Below are positions 1 to 8,454 of a stretch of 64,000 bases of DNA, piece by piece. Each line of letters starts with the position of its first letter. Position 1 is the stretch's first letter. This DNA is from an uncultured Gammaproteobacteria bacterium. GTDB lineage: Bacteria; Patescibacteriota; Patescibacteriia; UBA10025; JAHIVO01. The stretch is taken from positions 9,665 to 73,664 of the forward strand of contig CAZVMV010000003.1 in the NCBI GenBank assembly GCA_964628855.1, read 5' to 3'. The notes under the pieces were generated by a model. That model was not told the DNA's origin and did not search any database. It saw only the letters and a program-made list of their open reading frames with translations. The translations under genes were made by a program, and so were the position numbers.

Positions 1-583
1 TGGCGATCTTGCTGCTCATGGCATGGCTGGAGGTGACGAATTCGCCCCCATCGTAATCAAACATAAAAATTATAAAAGACACCAACCAAATTGAGGTGGT
101 GACATTATTCGGGGTCTGGTGCGTAAAAATACCATTGGCCGCATGCACGCGTGAAATGAGCTCGATATATTCCTTAGTGTTGTAGCGGACTTCGCCCGAA
201 ACTGCCTTGTGGATTTCCCGATTTGTGATACGTTCCTTGAGGACTAAGCTTTTCCCGAGCGTGGCCAGCGTCACCCCAAGCTGATTTATCGGAAAACGAG
301 GGTCGGCATAATGTAGGATGTTTTGCGGCCCGCGTATTCCGCCTGTCGAATGCTGTGCCTCGTTTTTATAGTTGGCCAGCCATTTCTCAACTTCCCATTT
401 TTCCACCAGCTCCTTGGTGACGGTGAGCTTGATTTCGCCTTGCTCATTGATATCAATTATCGGTTCGCCCTTATAATCATTCGGTGTTGCCTTTTCTATG
501 CCTGCGTAATATTCTTTTTTCAGCTCAGCAAGGTATGCTTCGCGTTCATTAAGGGAAGAGAAAGTCTTTTTTTGCATATCCAT
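1..583 (-). CDS. alpha-D-phosphohexomutase (PGM/PMM) family protein, N-terminal part, continues past window start
   Basis: Own translation from ATG 583-581: MDMQKKTFSSLNEREAYL...HSTGGIRG...GEFVTSSHAMSSK. These resemble GTGGLRG and the TASHNP phosphoserine loop. The ORF is open at the window edge, so it is absent from the ORF track; + ORF 323..598 is its shadow. Confidence 0.5.
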   Translation of the reverse strand, partial: MDMQKKTFSSLNEREAYLAELKKEYYAGIEKATPNDYKGEPIIDINEQGEIKLTVTKELVEKWEVEKWLANYKNEAQHSTGGIRGPQNILHYADPRFPINQLGVTLATLGKSLVLKERITNREIHKAVSGEVRYNTKEYIELISRVHAANGIFTHQTPNNVTTSIWLVSFIIFMFDYDGGEFVTSSHAMSSKIA

Positions 584-649
584 AAGTATAAAAAATAATT
601 ATCAGTATGGTTATTGCTGGGTATATGATACTATTTTTTGCTCATATTT

Positions 650-1369
650 TCAAGCCTTATGCGCGATGGTTATCAGATTATAGCCATCTCGCCACGTAGC
701 CGCCAGTCCTTTTTTAGTGTAATATTGCTGTACCCGGGAAAACCCATTGTTCTGTAACAATGTTGCGAGTTCCGATGGCCTGAACCCATGAATATACCGT
801 CGTCCGACCAGTCCGCCGGATTCGTTTTTCCAGAGCTTGATGACATCAGGAAAAGATATGCGCCCTTTTCCAATGATCCTCTGCCAGAATATTTTTGCAT
901 GGATCGGCCACCAATTTGACGCCATCAGGTTCCAGTTCAGCATGATCAGCTGGCCGTCTGGACGTAGGACTTTATAGAATTGTTGGATAGCTTGGGCGCG
1001 GATTTTTTCCGTAGGCAGATGATGCAAAGTGGCGATGCAAAATATGACGTTAAAATTTTCTGGGTCTAATGGCAGGTCGAGGATATTGCCGACGATAAAT
1101 TTTATTTCCGGATACTGTCGCCTGGCGATGGCGATAAGCTCGTCGCTCAGGTCTAGGCCCGTATATTCAACTTTTTTTTCTTTCAATAATTCAAAAAGTC
1201 GCCCGTTGCCGCAGCCGGCGTCTAGCACCTTATCGCTTACGGCTACATATTCCATCAAAGGCTTGAAATCTTCCCAGATGAATTTCCTGGTGGCAGAAAA
1301 CTGCTCGGCGATAGCCTGGTAGGTCGTCGCGTTCATGGCCATTAATTTTTCCGCAAAACGTTCGTCCAT
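650..1369 (-). CDS. class I SAM-dependent methyltransferase, Trm9/ALKBH8-MT-like
   Basis: 239 aa. FSATRKFIW, VLDAGCGNGRL (motif I), FCIATLHHLPT and LRPDGQLIMLNW fit the Trm9-type pattern. Divergent from elp3 with abutting start codons; M10 and M12 are alternative starts. Confidence 0.7.
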   Translation of the reverse strand: MDERFAEKLMAMNATTYQAIAEQFSATRKFIWEDFKPLMEYVAVSDKVLDAGCGNGRLFELLKEKKVEYTGLDLSDELIAIARRQYPEIKFIVGNILDLPLDPENFNVIFCIATLHHLPTEKIRAQAIQQFYKVLRPDGQLIMLNWNLMASNWWPIHAKIFWQRIIGKGRISFPDVIKLWKNESGGLVGRRYIHGFRPSELATLLQNNGFSRVQQYYTKKGLAATWRDGYNLITIAHKA

Positions 1370-2920
1370 ATGGATAAAAAAACTTTACGAAAATATACGC
1401 GTGATTTCATCCGGGCCAAGCCCGAGTCCGTCAATGCTGTCCGCCAGACCAAGCGTTTGCTGGCCACGAAATACCGTACCGCCATTATACCCAATTCCGA
1501 GATACTCGGGCAGTACCGGGTTCAGGGCATAAAAAAGCCGGATCAACGGTTACTGCGTTTGTTGCGCAAGCGGGAAATCAGGACTCTCTCGGGCGTTGCT
1601 CCTGTTACCGTATTGACCAAGCCGTATCCTTGTCCGGGCCGGTGCGTTTATTGCCCGACAGAAGCTAGGATGCCGAAAAGCTACCTGTCATCCGAACCGG
1701 CAGCCCAGCGTGGGTTGAGTCTGAAATTCGACCCGTACAAACAGGTGAAAATGCGGATTGATACGTTGGAGGCCAATGGCCATAGCGCCGACAAGATCGA
1801 GCTGATTGTCTTAGGTGGCACGTGGTCGCATTATCCGCATGATTACCAGGTCTGGTTTATTAAGCGGTGTTTCGATGCGGCCAATGGACGGACTTCACGT
1901 ACGCTCAAACAGGCTCAAATGGTAAATGAAAAAGTTACGCACCGTATCATTGGTTTGAGTTTAGAAACGCGGCCAGACCATGTGACCCCGGCGGAATTGT
2001 GGCGTATGCGTGAGCTGGGGTGCACGCATGTACAGATTGGGGTACAGACATTGCATCAGGATATTCTTGATTTAGTAAAACGGGATGATACGCTGGATAA
2101 TATTTCCCGAGCTACGTCATTGTTGCGTGCGTTCGGATTTAAGTTCACCTACCATTTGATGCCAGGCTTACCCAGGGCTACCCCAAAAAAAGATTTAGAT
2201 ACATTCAAGATGGTTTTCAAGGATTCTCGGTTCCAGCCGGATATGTTGAAAATATACCCATGCCTGGTGGTAAAGAACTCCTTGCTTTACCAATGGTATA
2301 AGTCAGGGAAATATAAACCCTATTCCAATAAACAATTGGTTGATCTGTTGATTAAGATAAAAAACATCGTACCGCCATACGTACGTATCAACCGTCTGAT
2401 CCGTGATATCCCGGGTCCTGACATCGTGGCCGGAAATATGACTACGAACTTACGTCAGTTACTACAGGAGCGCGGGGTGAAATGCAAATGTATCCGTTGC
2501 CGGGAAGCGAGAAAAACAATAGTCAAACAGAGCCAGGTTAAACTGAAAGAACGTATTTATAAGGCTGGTACAGGCAACGAGCACTTCATCAGTTTTGAAA
2601 GCAAAGATGAGAAAAAGCTGTACGCGTTTGTCCGGCTGTGGCTACCCGACAAGGCAAAGCACTTTATTGGTGCGTTTGATGACAAGACTGCAATGATACG
2701 TGAATTACATACGTATGGGGAGTTGATGCCTATTGGTGGGAAGAAGAAGGCGGTCCAGCACATCGGTTTCGGCAAGCGGCTGTTGACTGAAGCTGAACGT
2801 ATTGCCATGAAGAGAGGCTATACAAAAATGGCAATTATTTCGGGAATTGGCGTGCGGGAGTATTATCGGAAACTTGGACACCACCTGGAAAAGACGTATA
2901 TGGTAAAGGTGCTGAAATAA
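1370..2920 (+). CDS. elp3: Elp3-type radical SAM / GNAT enzyme (tRNA U34 carboxymethylation enzyme homologue)
   Basis: 516 aa. Radical-SAM cluster motif CPGRCVYCP and a C-terminal GNAT region (HIGFGKRLLTEAERIA) give the full Elp3 architecture. Confidence 0.85.
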   Translation: MDKKTLRKYTRDFIRAKPESVNAVRQTKRLLATKYRTAIIPNSEILGQYRVQGIKKPDQRLLRLLRKREIRTLSGVAPVTVLTKPYPCPGRCVYCPTEARMPKSYLSSEPAAQRGLSLKFDPYKQVKMRIDTLEANGHSADKIELIVLGGTWSHYPHDYQVWFIKRCFDAANGRTSRTLKQAQMVNEKVTHRIIGLSLETRPDHVTPAELWRMRELGCTHVQIGVQTLHQDILDLVKRDDTLDNISRATSLLRAFGFKFTYHLMPGLPRATPKKDLDTFKMVFKDSRFQPDMLKIYPCLVVKNSLLYQWYKSGKYKPYSNKQLVDLLIKIKNIVPPYVRINRLIRDIPGPDIVAGNMTTNLRQLLQERGVKCKCIRCREARKTIVKQSQVKLKERIYKAGTGNEHFISFESKDEKKLYAFVRLWLPDKAKHFIGAFDDKTAMIRELHTYGELMPIGGKKKAVQHIGFGKRLLTEAERIAMKRGYTKMAIISGIGVREYYRKLGHHLEKTYMVKVLK

Positions 2921-2947
2921 AAAAGCGGCAGCCAAATGGCTACCGCT
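2918..2947 (-). terminator. intrinsic terminator ending the minus-strand operon 4903..2955
   Basis: Stem AGCGGCAGCC / GGCTACCGCT (2924-2947) with loop AAAT. It is followed by a T-run only on the minus strand. Confidence 0.5.
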
Positions 2948-2954
2948 TGGGGTG

Positions 2955-3170
2955 CTAGTGGATGTCACGCGGTCCAGCGTCACTCGACACCAGGGAATGA
3001 TTCGGGAGATTTATTTCACCGAGCTTTCCCTTTTTCAAAACCTCGATTATTTTTGCCTGGGTCGGCTGGTCAATCTGACAACCGTTCATAGTTGTCTGCA
3101 GCCTGAGCAGAGAAATAATAATCAGGTCAGACGTTGGCTTACCGGCGCCAACATCAGATCCGTTGTACAT
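2955..3170 (-). CDS. hypothetical small protein (71 aa)
   Basis: AGGAGG sits 8 nt upstream of the second ATG (3170). Last gene of the GC-rich operon; no recognisable motif. Confidence 0.45.
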   Translation of the reverse strand: MYNGSDVGAGKPTSDLIIISLLRLQTTMNGCQIDQPTQAKIIEVLKKGKLGEINLPNHSLVSSDAGPRDIH

Positions 3171-3206
3171 GGGCATTGCCTCCTGGTTGTAGGTGTGAAA
3201 TGATTT

Positions 3207-3413
3207 TTAATCATCATCTTCGACTTCCCCGGTGCCGTCGCAGTTATAGCACAAGCCATTACCGTCGGGACACCGATTGCAGGTCGGCTCATCGTCTACG
3301 TCGGCAGCGCCAGGCACGGGGACATTCGCGGCGAGATCGCCCAGGACCGAGTGTCCGCTGCCATGACATTCTGGGCATTCGCCACTTCCATCACAAACCG
3401 GACATGTTGCCAT
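3207..3413 (-). CDS. free-standing DnaJ-type zinc-finger mini-protein (four CxxCxGxG repeats) with acidic C-terminal tail
   Basis: 68 aa from ATG 3413, with GGAGG 8 nt upstream. Repeats are CPVCDGSG, CPECHGSG, CNRCPDGNG and CYNCDGTG; the protein ends EVEDDD. Confidence 0.6.
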   Translation of the reverse strand: MATCPVCDGSGECPECHGSGHSVLGDLAANVPVPGAADVDDEPTCNRCPDGNGLCYNCDGTGEVEDDD

Positions 3414-3476
3414 CGTTATCACCTCCTCGGCAATTTTTATGGTTATTGGGTTTTTCTGTGATAGATGTTAAGGACG

Positions 3477-3530
3477 AGCAGTAGGATTGAATGGGTAGAA
3501 GCATGGTGTTTTTACTCAAATCCTACTGCT
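3477..3530 (-). other. intercistronic 12-bp perfect hairpin with 30-nt loop
   Basis: AGCAGTAGGATT (3477-3488) pairs with AATCCTACTGCT (3519-3530). No U-run follows on either strand. Lies between the ATP-grasp-like gene and the zinc-finger gene. Confidence 0.6.
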
Positions 3531-3544
3531 GTCCCATTTTCTTT

Positions 3545-4903
3545 TTAGCAACCACGCATGACAAACGGTCCGGTCAGAACCGTGCCGAGCTGGAGGCAGT
3601 CTTTGGCGCCGTGTACCTTCTTGTCGCGGCGGGCCGTGACGATGATGTCCGCCAGATGGCAACCGGCATAGTGCGCAGTGACGCGCATGAACCAGGTATC
3701 CTGTTTCGTATTGCCGTCCTCATCGAAATAGAGGAATGAGATCGGTCTGTTTTCGATCTCTTCCTGGAGGATGAAGCGATAGTGGGACTGACAGGCGTCA
3801 GCCAGTATGGTGCCGAAGTTCTCTTCGTCAGAGAAAATGGTCCCTTTCATGCCGCTGGAAACTGATTCCTTCAGCACGAAGCGGGTGCCGTTCATCAAGC
3901 CCTGCCAATATTGCAGTTTCTGGCGTTTGCCGATCAGGAAAGTTCGCGGGATGAACGAACGTATCGTCTCCAGGTGATTGCCCGGTATTTGCGAACGGAG
4001 GATGGATTCGAGTTCCTGGTCGCCTTCGTCATTCCGCAGCAGGGCCAGAACGGCCTTGCAGCCAAGGAACGGCTTCGGCGGGATCAGGAAATCTAAATTG
4101 CCGTTCACATAGTTCGATTGCAGCCAGGCATTCAGTTCGCCGTTGTAATAGAGGAACGGGAAGTCTACGAACAGGCGGTCAGACAGCGGCTGATTGCCAA
4201 ATAACAGCTCGTTCCCGGAGACGGACAGGTCATTTTCTGAAGCGACAACCAGGTTGATGCCATGCAGTTTCAATTCGTCCCGCACGATTTCAATCTCCGG
4301 ACGGTAGAACCGTTCACGGTCTGAATAGAGCAGGACGGCAGATTTGGTCCCCGGATTTTTTTTAGCAATTGTGTCGGCCAGAGCGGTTGCGACGCCGGGC
4401 AGGTGGCGGCCATACGGTTTGAGCGCCGTACGGACGCGCGCGGCTAGGATAGAATACCCTAGACCGTGTTTGTTATGGCCGTCGATTTCCGCGATATGGA
4501 ACTGGCCGTCGGTGCCGAGCAACAGGTCAACCTTGCAGATGCCGGGGATACGGTTCGGATTGAGAGGCTGAAGAGGACGGTAGATGTCTGGGACGCCTGT
4601 GTTGAAGATCCGGCGCAAGCCGCGCCAAGTGGCATTGTGGCCGTAGATGTCCGAGTCGGCCAGCGAACAGAGCCGTCCGAGACCGGCATACGTACCGTGC
4701 AAAGCATAGCCGAGCTGGTTCAGGCGCTCGAGCTGGACATTGTCCAGTTCAAGCACTGACGGCGAAAGGATGAACTTGTGTGACTGGGCTCGCGGACCGT
4801 CCCAGAGGCCACTAGACTGGACGATCTGCCGGACGCATTCGCGTTCCGTACATACGCCGTGAGTGCCTTCACCTTCTGATTCGACATAGGGTTTCGGTTG
4901 CAT
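3545..4903 (-). CDS. ATP-grasp superfamily-like protein, possibly circularly permuted (glutathionylspermidine-synthase-like)
   Basis: 452 aa. The C-terminal half carries FVLKESVSSGMKGT, RFILQEEI and FMRVTAHY...RRDKKVHG. The N-terminal KVDLLLGTDGQFHIAEIDGHN looks like the usual C-terminal Mg/ATP strand. FLGCKAVLALL resembles the GSP-synthase motif. Assigned by eye only. Confidence 0.4.
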   Translation of the reverse strand: MQPKPYVESEGEGTHGVCTERECVRQIVQSSGLWDGPRAQSHKFILSPSVLELDNVQLERLNQLGYALHGTYAGLGRLCSLADSDIYGHNATWRGLRRIFNTGVPDIYRPLQPLNPNRIPGICKVDLLLGTDGQFHIAEIDGHNKHGLGYSILAARVRTALKPYGRHLPGVATALADTIAKKNPGTKSAVLLYSDRERFYRPEIEIVRDELKLHGINLVVASENDLSVSGNELLFGNQPLSDRLFVDFPFLYYNGELNAWLQSNYVNGNLDFLIPPKPFLGCKAVLALLRNDEGDQELESILRSQIPGNHLETIRSFIPRTFLIGKRQKLQYWQGLMNGTRFVLKESVSSGMKGTIFSDEENFGTILADACQSHYRFILQEEIENRPISFLYFDEDGNTKQDTWFMRVTAHYAGCHLADIIVTARRDKKVHGAKDCLQLGTVLTGPFVMRGC

Positions 4904-5003
4904 GAGAAAGCTCCTTCTGAAAAAAATGTTGTAAATGTACGATGGTTATTTCTGTTTTTGATCGGTGCGGTGTATCGATCAACCGCACCAACCAAATCAG
5001 AAT

Positions 5004-5432
5004 TCAGGGCAGGAGCTTTAAAATTTCCAAAAGATTATAGATGGTATGAGTAGGTTTTTGCTTGATGTTATTAGGCAGTTCGTTCCTGAACCGGCCTTGG
5101 CGCAGCCAGATGGTAGTCATATTCAATGAATTGCCGATCGCTATCTCTTTTTTTATCCGGTCGCCGACGACTATGCATGATTCTGGCCGGTTTAACGCGA
5201 GCCGTTTGAAAAGTGTCCGTGATTTGTTTGACGTCGTGATAATTTTTTTAAAAAAACTAGTTATCCCCAGGAGTTTTATCATTTTTTTTCTCCCTGGCAC
5301 TGCGCGGGCCACAAGAATAAGTGTATAACCGCGTTTTCTCAGTTTTGTCAGGACGATTTTAGTTTTTGGCATTAGCCGCCCTAGCTCTGGCTGGTACAGA
5401 GTTCTATTGAAGTCGAAAATAATTCTATTCAT
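5004..5432 (-). CDS. HAD-superfamily hydrolase
   Basis: 142 aa. DFNRTL (motif I-like) and VVGDRIKKEIAIGNSLNMTTIWL (motif IV region). Confidence 0.7.
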   Translation of the reverse strand: MNRIIFDFNRTLYQPELGRLMPKTKIVLTKLRKRGYTLILVARAVPGRKKMIKLLGITSFFKKIITTSNKSRTLFKRLALNRPESCIVVGDRIKKEIAIGNSLNMTTIWLRQGRFRNELPNNIKQKPTHTIYNLLEILKLLP

Positions 5433-5617
5433 ATGATTTTTACATAGGCAAAAAAGCCTCTTGCTAATCCGGCGAAGAGGTTTTCGTTAACTACTTATTG
5501 ATTGTTTACTATGACACTAATTGTCCGTAAGTAAAGAAACCTCTTCGGCAAGAGTAAAATAATGGCGGTAGCAATGCCAACAGAAGTTTTTTACTTGTGG
5601 AAAAATAGTTTTCATAC
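5433..5617 (-). ncRNA. orphan promoter-to-terminator unit (attenuator-like leader or small RNA), includes a leaderless 32-codon ORF (5615..5517)
   Basis: The promoter at 5652-5624 predicts a TSS near 5617. ATG at 5615 opens MKTIFPQVKNFCWHCYRHYFTLAEEVSLLTDN. CGAAGAGGTT (5473-82) is the reverse complement of AACCTCTTCG (5538-47). The terminator lies at 5450-5481. Confidence 0.4.
5450..5481 (-). terminator. intrinsic terminator about 20 nt upstream of the HAD gene start
   Basis: Minus strand reads CCTCTT-CGCCGGATTAGC-AAGAGG followed by C and six U (A-run 5450-5455 on the + strand). Confidence 0.45.
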
Positions 5618-5623
5618 GGAGGT

Positions 5624-5652
5624 AGTTTACACCTCATTGAGCGTGGTGTCAA
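5624..5652 (-). promoter_or_regulatory. sigma70-like promoter TTGACA-17-TAAACT
   Basis: -35 at 5652-5647 and -10 at 5629-5624 on the minus strand. Back to back with the pfp promoter. Confidence 0.5.
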
Positions 5653-5658
5653 ATTTTC

Positions 5659-5687
5659 TTGACTGGAGGACGGTAAAACCGTACCAT
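5659..5687 (+). promoter_or_regulatory. sigma70-like promoter TTGACT-17-TACCAT for pfp
   Basis: -35 at 5659-5664 and -10 at 5682-5687, about 60 nt upstream of the pfp ATG. Confidence 0.5.
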
Positions 5688-5749
5688 TACTGTACCTATA
5701 CGCATTGTAATAATGGTTGATTTGGTGCAAGAATAACTAATATTTGCGT

Positions 5750-6955
5750 ATGAAAACCATCGGCATTATCACCAGCGGCGGGGATTGTGGCGGGTTAAAT
5801 GCTGTCGTAAAAGGGGTGGCCCAGATGGCAAACCGCAAGGGCATTAAAGCGTACGCCATTCCGAATGGCTATGCTGGTTTGTACAATCTCATTGACATGG
5901 ACGCTTTAGTCGAACTGACGCCGTCGAGGCTCGACACATTTAGCATCGGCCTGGCGGGGTCAGAGGCCGGACACTCGCGGGTAAAAATATCCAAAATCGA
6001 AGACGGTAAAAAATATGAACGGGTAAAAGACGGGCTGAAGAAGTTCGACATCGAAGGATTGATCATCAGTGGCGGCGATGATACCGGCAGTGTCGTCATT
6101 GACCTGGAAAAGCACGGCATCAAATGTATTCATGTGCCGAAGACGATGGATTTGGACTTGGTGCCGTATTCTCTTGGCGGCGATTCCACTATCAACCGCA
6201 TTGCCGAGACAGTCCGTGATCTGAAAACGACCGGCCGCACTCACAATCGGATAATGGTTATCGAAGTTTTTGGGCGGTACACTGGACATTCCGCTTTCCG
6301 CGGCGGCGTGGCGGGAGAAGCAGATGCGATCTTGATCCCGGAGATTCCCGTAGAGTTCGGTGAACTGTATCGCCATCTGAAGAAGGTTTATATGAAACGA
6401 ATTATGGAAAGTGACGTGAAAGCCGGGACATACACGATTGTTGTCGCTGAGGGCATCAAGGACGCTTCTGGGAAAGAGCTGTACGACGAATCTGCCGGGA
6501 CTGATTCATTCGGACATAAAAAATTATCAGGTGCCGGCAAGTACGTCGTGCAGGAAATCAAGAAATTAATGAAGGAGGATCCGGATATGGCGCAATTTAT
6601 GAAAGACCAGGGCATGTACGTAGCGGGCCAGTATGATTTGCCGGAAGTGCGTGCAATCGTGCCCAGCCACATTGTCCGCTCTGGGTTTACTTCAGCCTTT
6701 GACGCTAATTTCGGTATGGAAACCGGAGGTGCCGCATTATATCTAATGTTGAATGGCGTCGTGGGAGTGACTGTAACCGGATATGAGAACGGCACCGTCC
6801 ATTACATGGACATAGCCGAGGCGATAAAACAACGGACTGTCGAACTGGAAGAGGTAGCTTTATATGAACAGCTTGGGTTTTGTTTTGGCCGGCCCCGTCA
6901 GGAGTTTTCCGCAAAAATGAAAAAAGTGAGCGGCCTGATAGATAGGGCGTACTAA
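5750..6955 (+). CDS. pfp: 6-phosphofructokinase, PPi-dependent type by signature residues
   Basis: IGIITSGGDCGGLNAV. GGDD in IISGGDDTGS and Lys in PKTMDLDL replace the GGDG and PGTID of ATP-dependent enzymes. ATG at 5750 is preferred over TTG at 5744. Confidence 0.85.
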   Translation: MKTIGIITSGGDCGGLNAVVKGVAQMANRKGIKAYAIPNGYAGLYNLIDMDALVELTPSRLDTFSIGLAGSEAGHSRVKISKIEDGKKYERVKDGLKKFDIEGLIISGGDDTGSVVIDLEKHGIKCIHVPKTMDLDLVPYSLGGDSTINRIAETVRDLKTTGRTHNRIMVIEVFGRYTGHSAFRGGVAGEADAILIPEIPVEFGELYRHLKKVYMKRIMESDVKAGTYTIVVAEGIKDASGKELYDESAGTDSFGHKKLSGAGKYVVQEIKKLMKEDPDMAQFMKDQGMYVAGQYDLPEVRAIVPSHIVRSGFTSAFDANFGMETGGAALYLMLNGVVGVTVTGYENGTVHYMDIAEAIKQRTVELEEVALYEQLGFCFGRPRQEFSAKMKKVSGLIDRAY

Positions 6956-6970
6956 TAATTATTAATTAAA

Positions 6971-7990
6971 ATGAATATGACAGACAAAACTTTGTCCGAA
7001 ATCGCCCAGCAAATGGTGGCAAACAATAAAGGATTGCTGGCTGCCGACGAAAGCACGAAAACTGCCGGAAAGCGATTGGCCACTATCAATTTGGAGTCTA
7101 CCCCAGAAACACGCCGCCAGTACAGGGATCTGTTTCTGTCAGCTGAAGGGATCGAACAGGGTATCAGCGGCGTCATTCTGCATCATGAGACCATGGAACA
7201 AAGTGCGTCTGACGGCACGCCATTTGCAAAGTTATTGGAACAGAAGGGAATTATCCCTGGCATAAAGGTTGACGAAGGTACAATTGACCTGCCGAATTTT
7301 CCGGGAGAAAAAGTCACCGAAGGATTAGATAAACTCGGCGAACGTCTGAAAAAATATTATGAAATGGGCGCGCGGTTTGCCAAATGGCGCGCGGTCATCA
7401 CGATTGGCGACGGGATCCCTTCGGACTTTTGCATTTTTTCAAATGCCCATGCCTTGGCCAGGTATGCCGCCTTATGCCAGGAGAATCACATCGTACCGGT
7501 TGTTGAGCCGGAAGTGCTGATTGACGGTACTCATGACATACATCGCAGTTATGATGTCACTACAAAAACGCTGGAAATACTTTTTGACCAGTTAAAAGAG
7601 CATAAAGTTGATTTGAGTGGCGCGATTCTTAAATCCAGCATGGTCATTTCCGGCAAGGAATGCCCGGAGCAGGCCGCGCCTGAGGAAATCGGGAAATTGA
7701 CCATCAAGTGTTTCAAGAAATCAGTACCGCGCGAATTGCCGGGCATCGTATTCCTATCTGGCGGTCAGACCGCAGTCCAGGCCACTGAAAACCTAAATGC
7801 AGTAAATATGGTTAATCCCGGCCCCTGGATTATCAGTTTTTCCTATGCCCGCGCCCTGCAGGGTCCGTCCCTGGATATCTGGAAAGGCAGGCCAGAAAAC
7901 GTCCCAGCTGCACAAAAGGAATTCATAAAACGATTGAAAGCGAATGTGGCGGCCAATAAGGGCGAATACAGCTCGGATATGGAAAAATAG
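6971..7990 (+). CDS. fba: fructose-bisphosphate aldolase, class I
   Basis: 339 aa. GLLAADESTKTAGKRL, ISGVILHHET and ILKSSMVISG (Schiff-base Lys region). Confidence 0.85.
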   Translation: MNMTDKTLSEIAQQMVANNKGLLAADESTKTAGKRLATINLESTPETRRQYRDLFLSAEGIEQGISGVILHHETMEQSASDGTPFAKLLEQKGIIPGIKVDEGTIDLPNFPGEKVTEGLDKLGERLKKYYEMGARFAKWRAVITIGDGIPSDFCIFSNAHALARYAALCQENHIVPVVEPEVLIDGTHDIHRSYDVTTKTLEILFDQLKEHKVDLSGAILKSSMVISGKECPEQAAPEEIGKLTIKCFKKSVPRELPGIVFLSGGQTAVQATENLNAVNMVNPGPWIISFSYARALQGPSLDIWKGRPENVPAAQKEFIKRLKANVAANKGEYSSDMEK

Positions 7991-8011
7991 CCAGTCTACA
8001 ATCGTATAAAA

Positions 8012-8419
8012 ATGTTTTACGATCTCATAATAATTCCAATAGTATTAGTATTGCTTCGGCTGAATATTCGAAAACTATTCCCGATTGAGAATAGGAGGGA
8101 TAAAGCATTTGTAGTTTTGTTAATAAGCGCGATAATTATCCAGTTGTTCACCCTGGTGATGGACGCACTGATCATAATGGATGCTGGCAAGCTTGGTCGC
8201 GGATTGTTTTTGACGATATATTTGATTGGTATTTTAGTCCTTTCGCCGGTGGCGATTTTTTTATTTTTTTATAGTTTATCGCAGATTAGAAAGCTGGGTG
8301 AAAAAATAGGGGTGCTTGAAAGGCTGCGCACATTACTTGTTTCAATGAAGATTTTATATATTGTGCAATTAGTTTTATATCCCATAAATGTTTTTATGAT
8401 GATGTGGGGCCTGTCTTGA
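8012..8419 (+). CDS. hypothetical integral membrane protein
   Basis: 135 aa with about four hydrophobic segments; AT-rich. Confidence 0.5.
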   Translation: MFYDLIIIPIVLVLLRLNIRKLFPIENRRDKAFVVLLISAIIIQLFTLVMDALIIMDAGKLGRGLFLTIYLIGILVLSPVAIFLFFYSLSQIRKLGEKIGVLERLRTLLVSMKILYIVQLVLYPINVFMMMWGLS

Positions 8420-8454
8420 GCATAAAATAATTTATTAGTTAGGAAGTAAATTAA

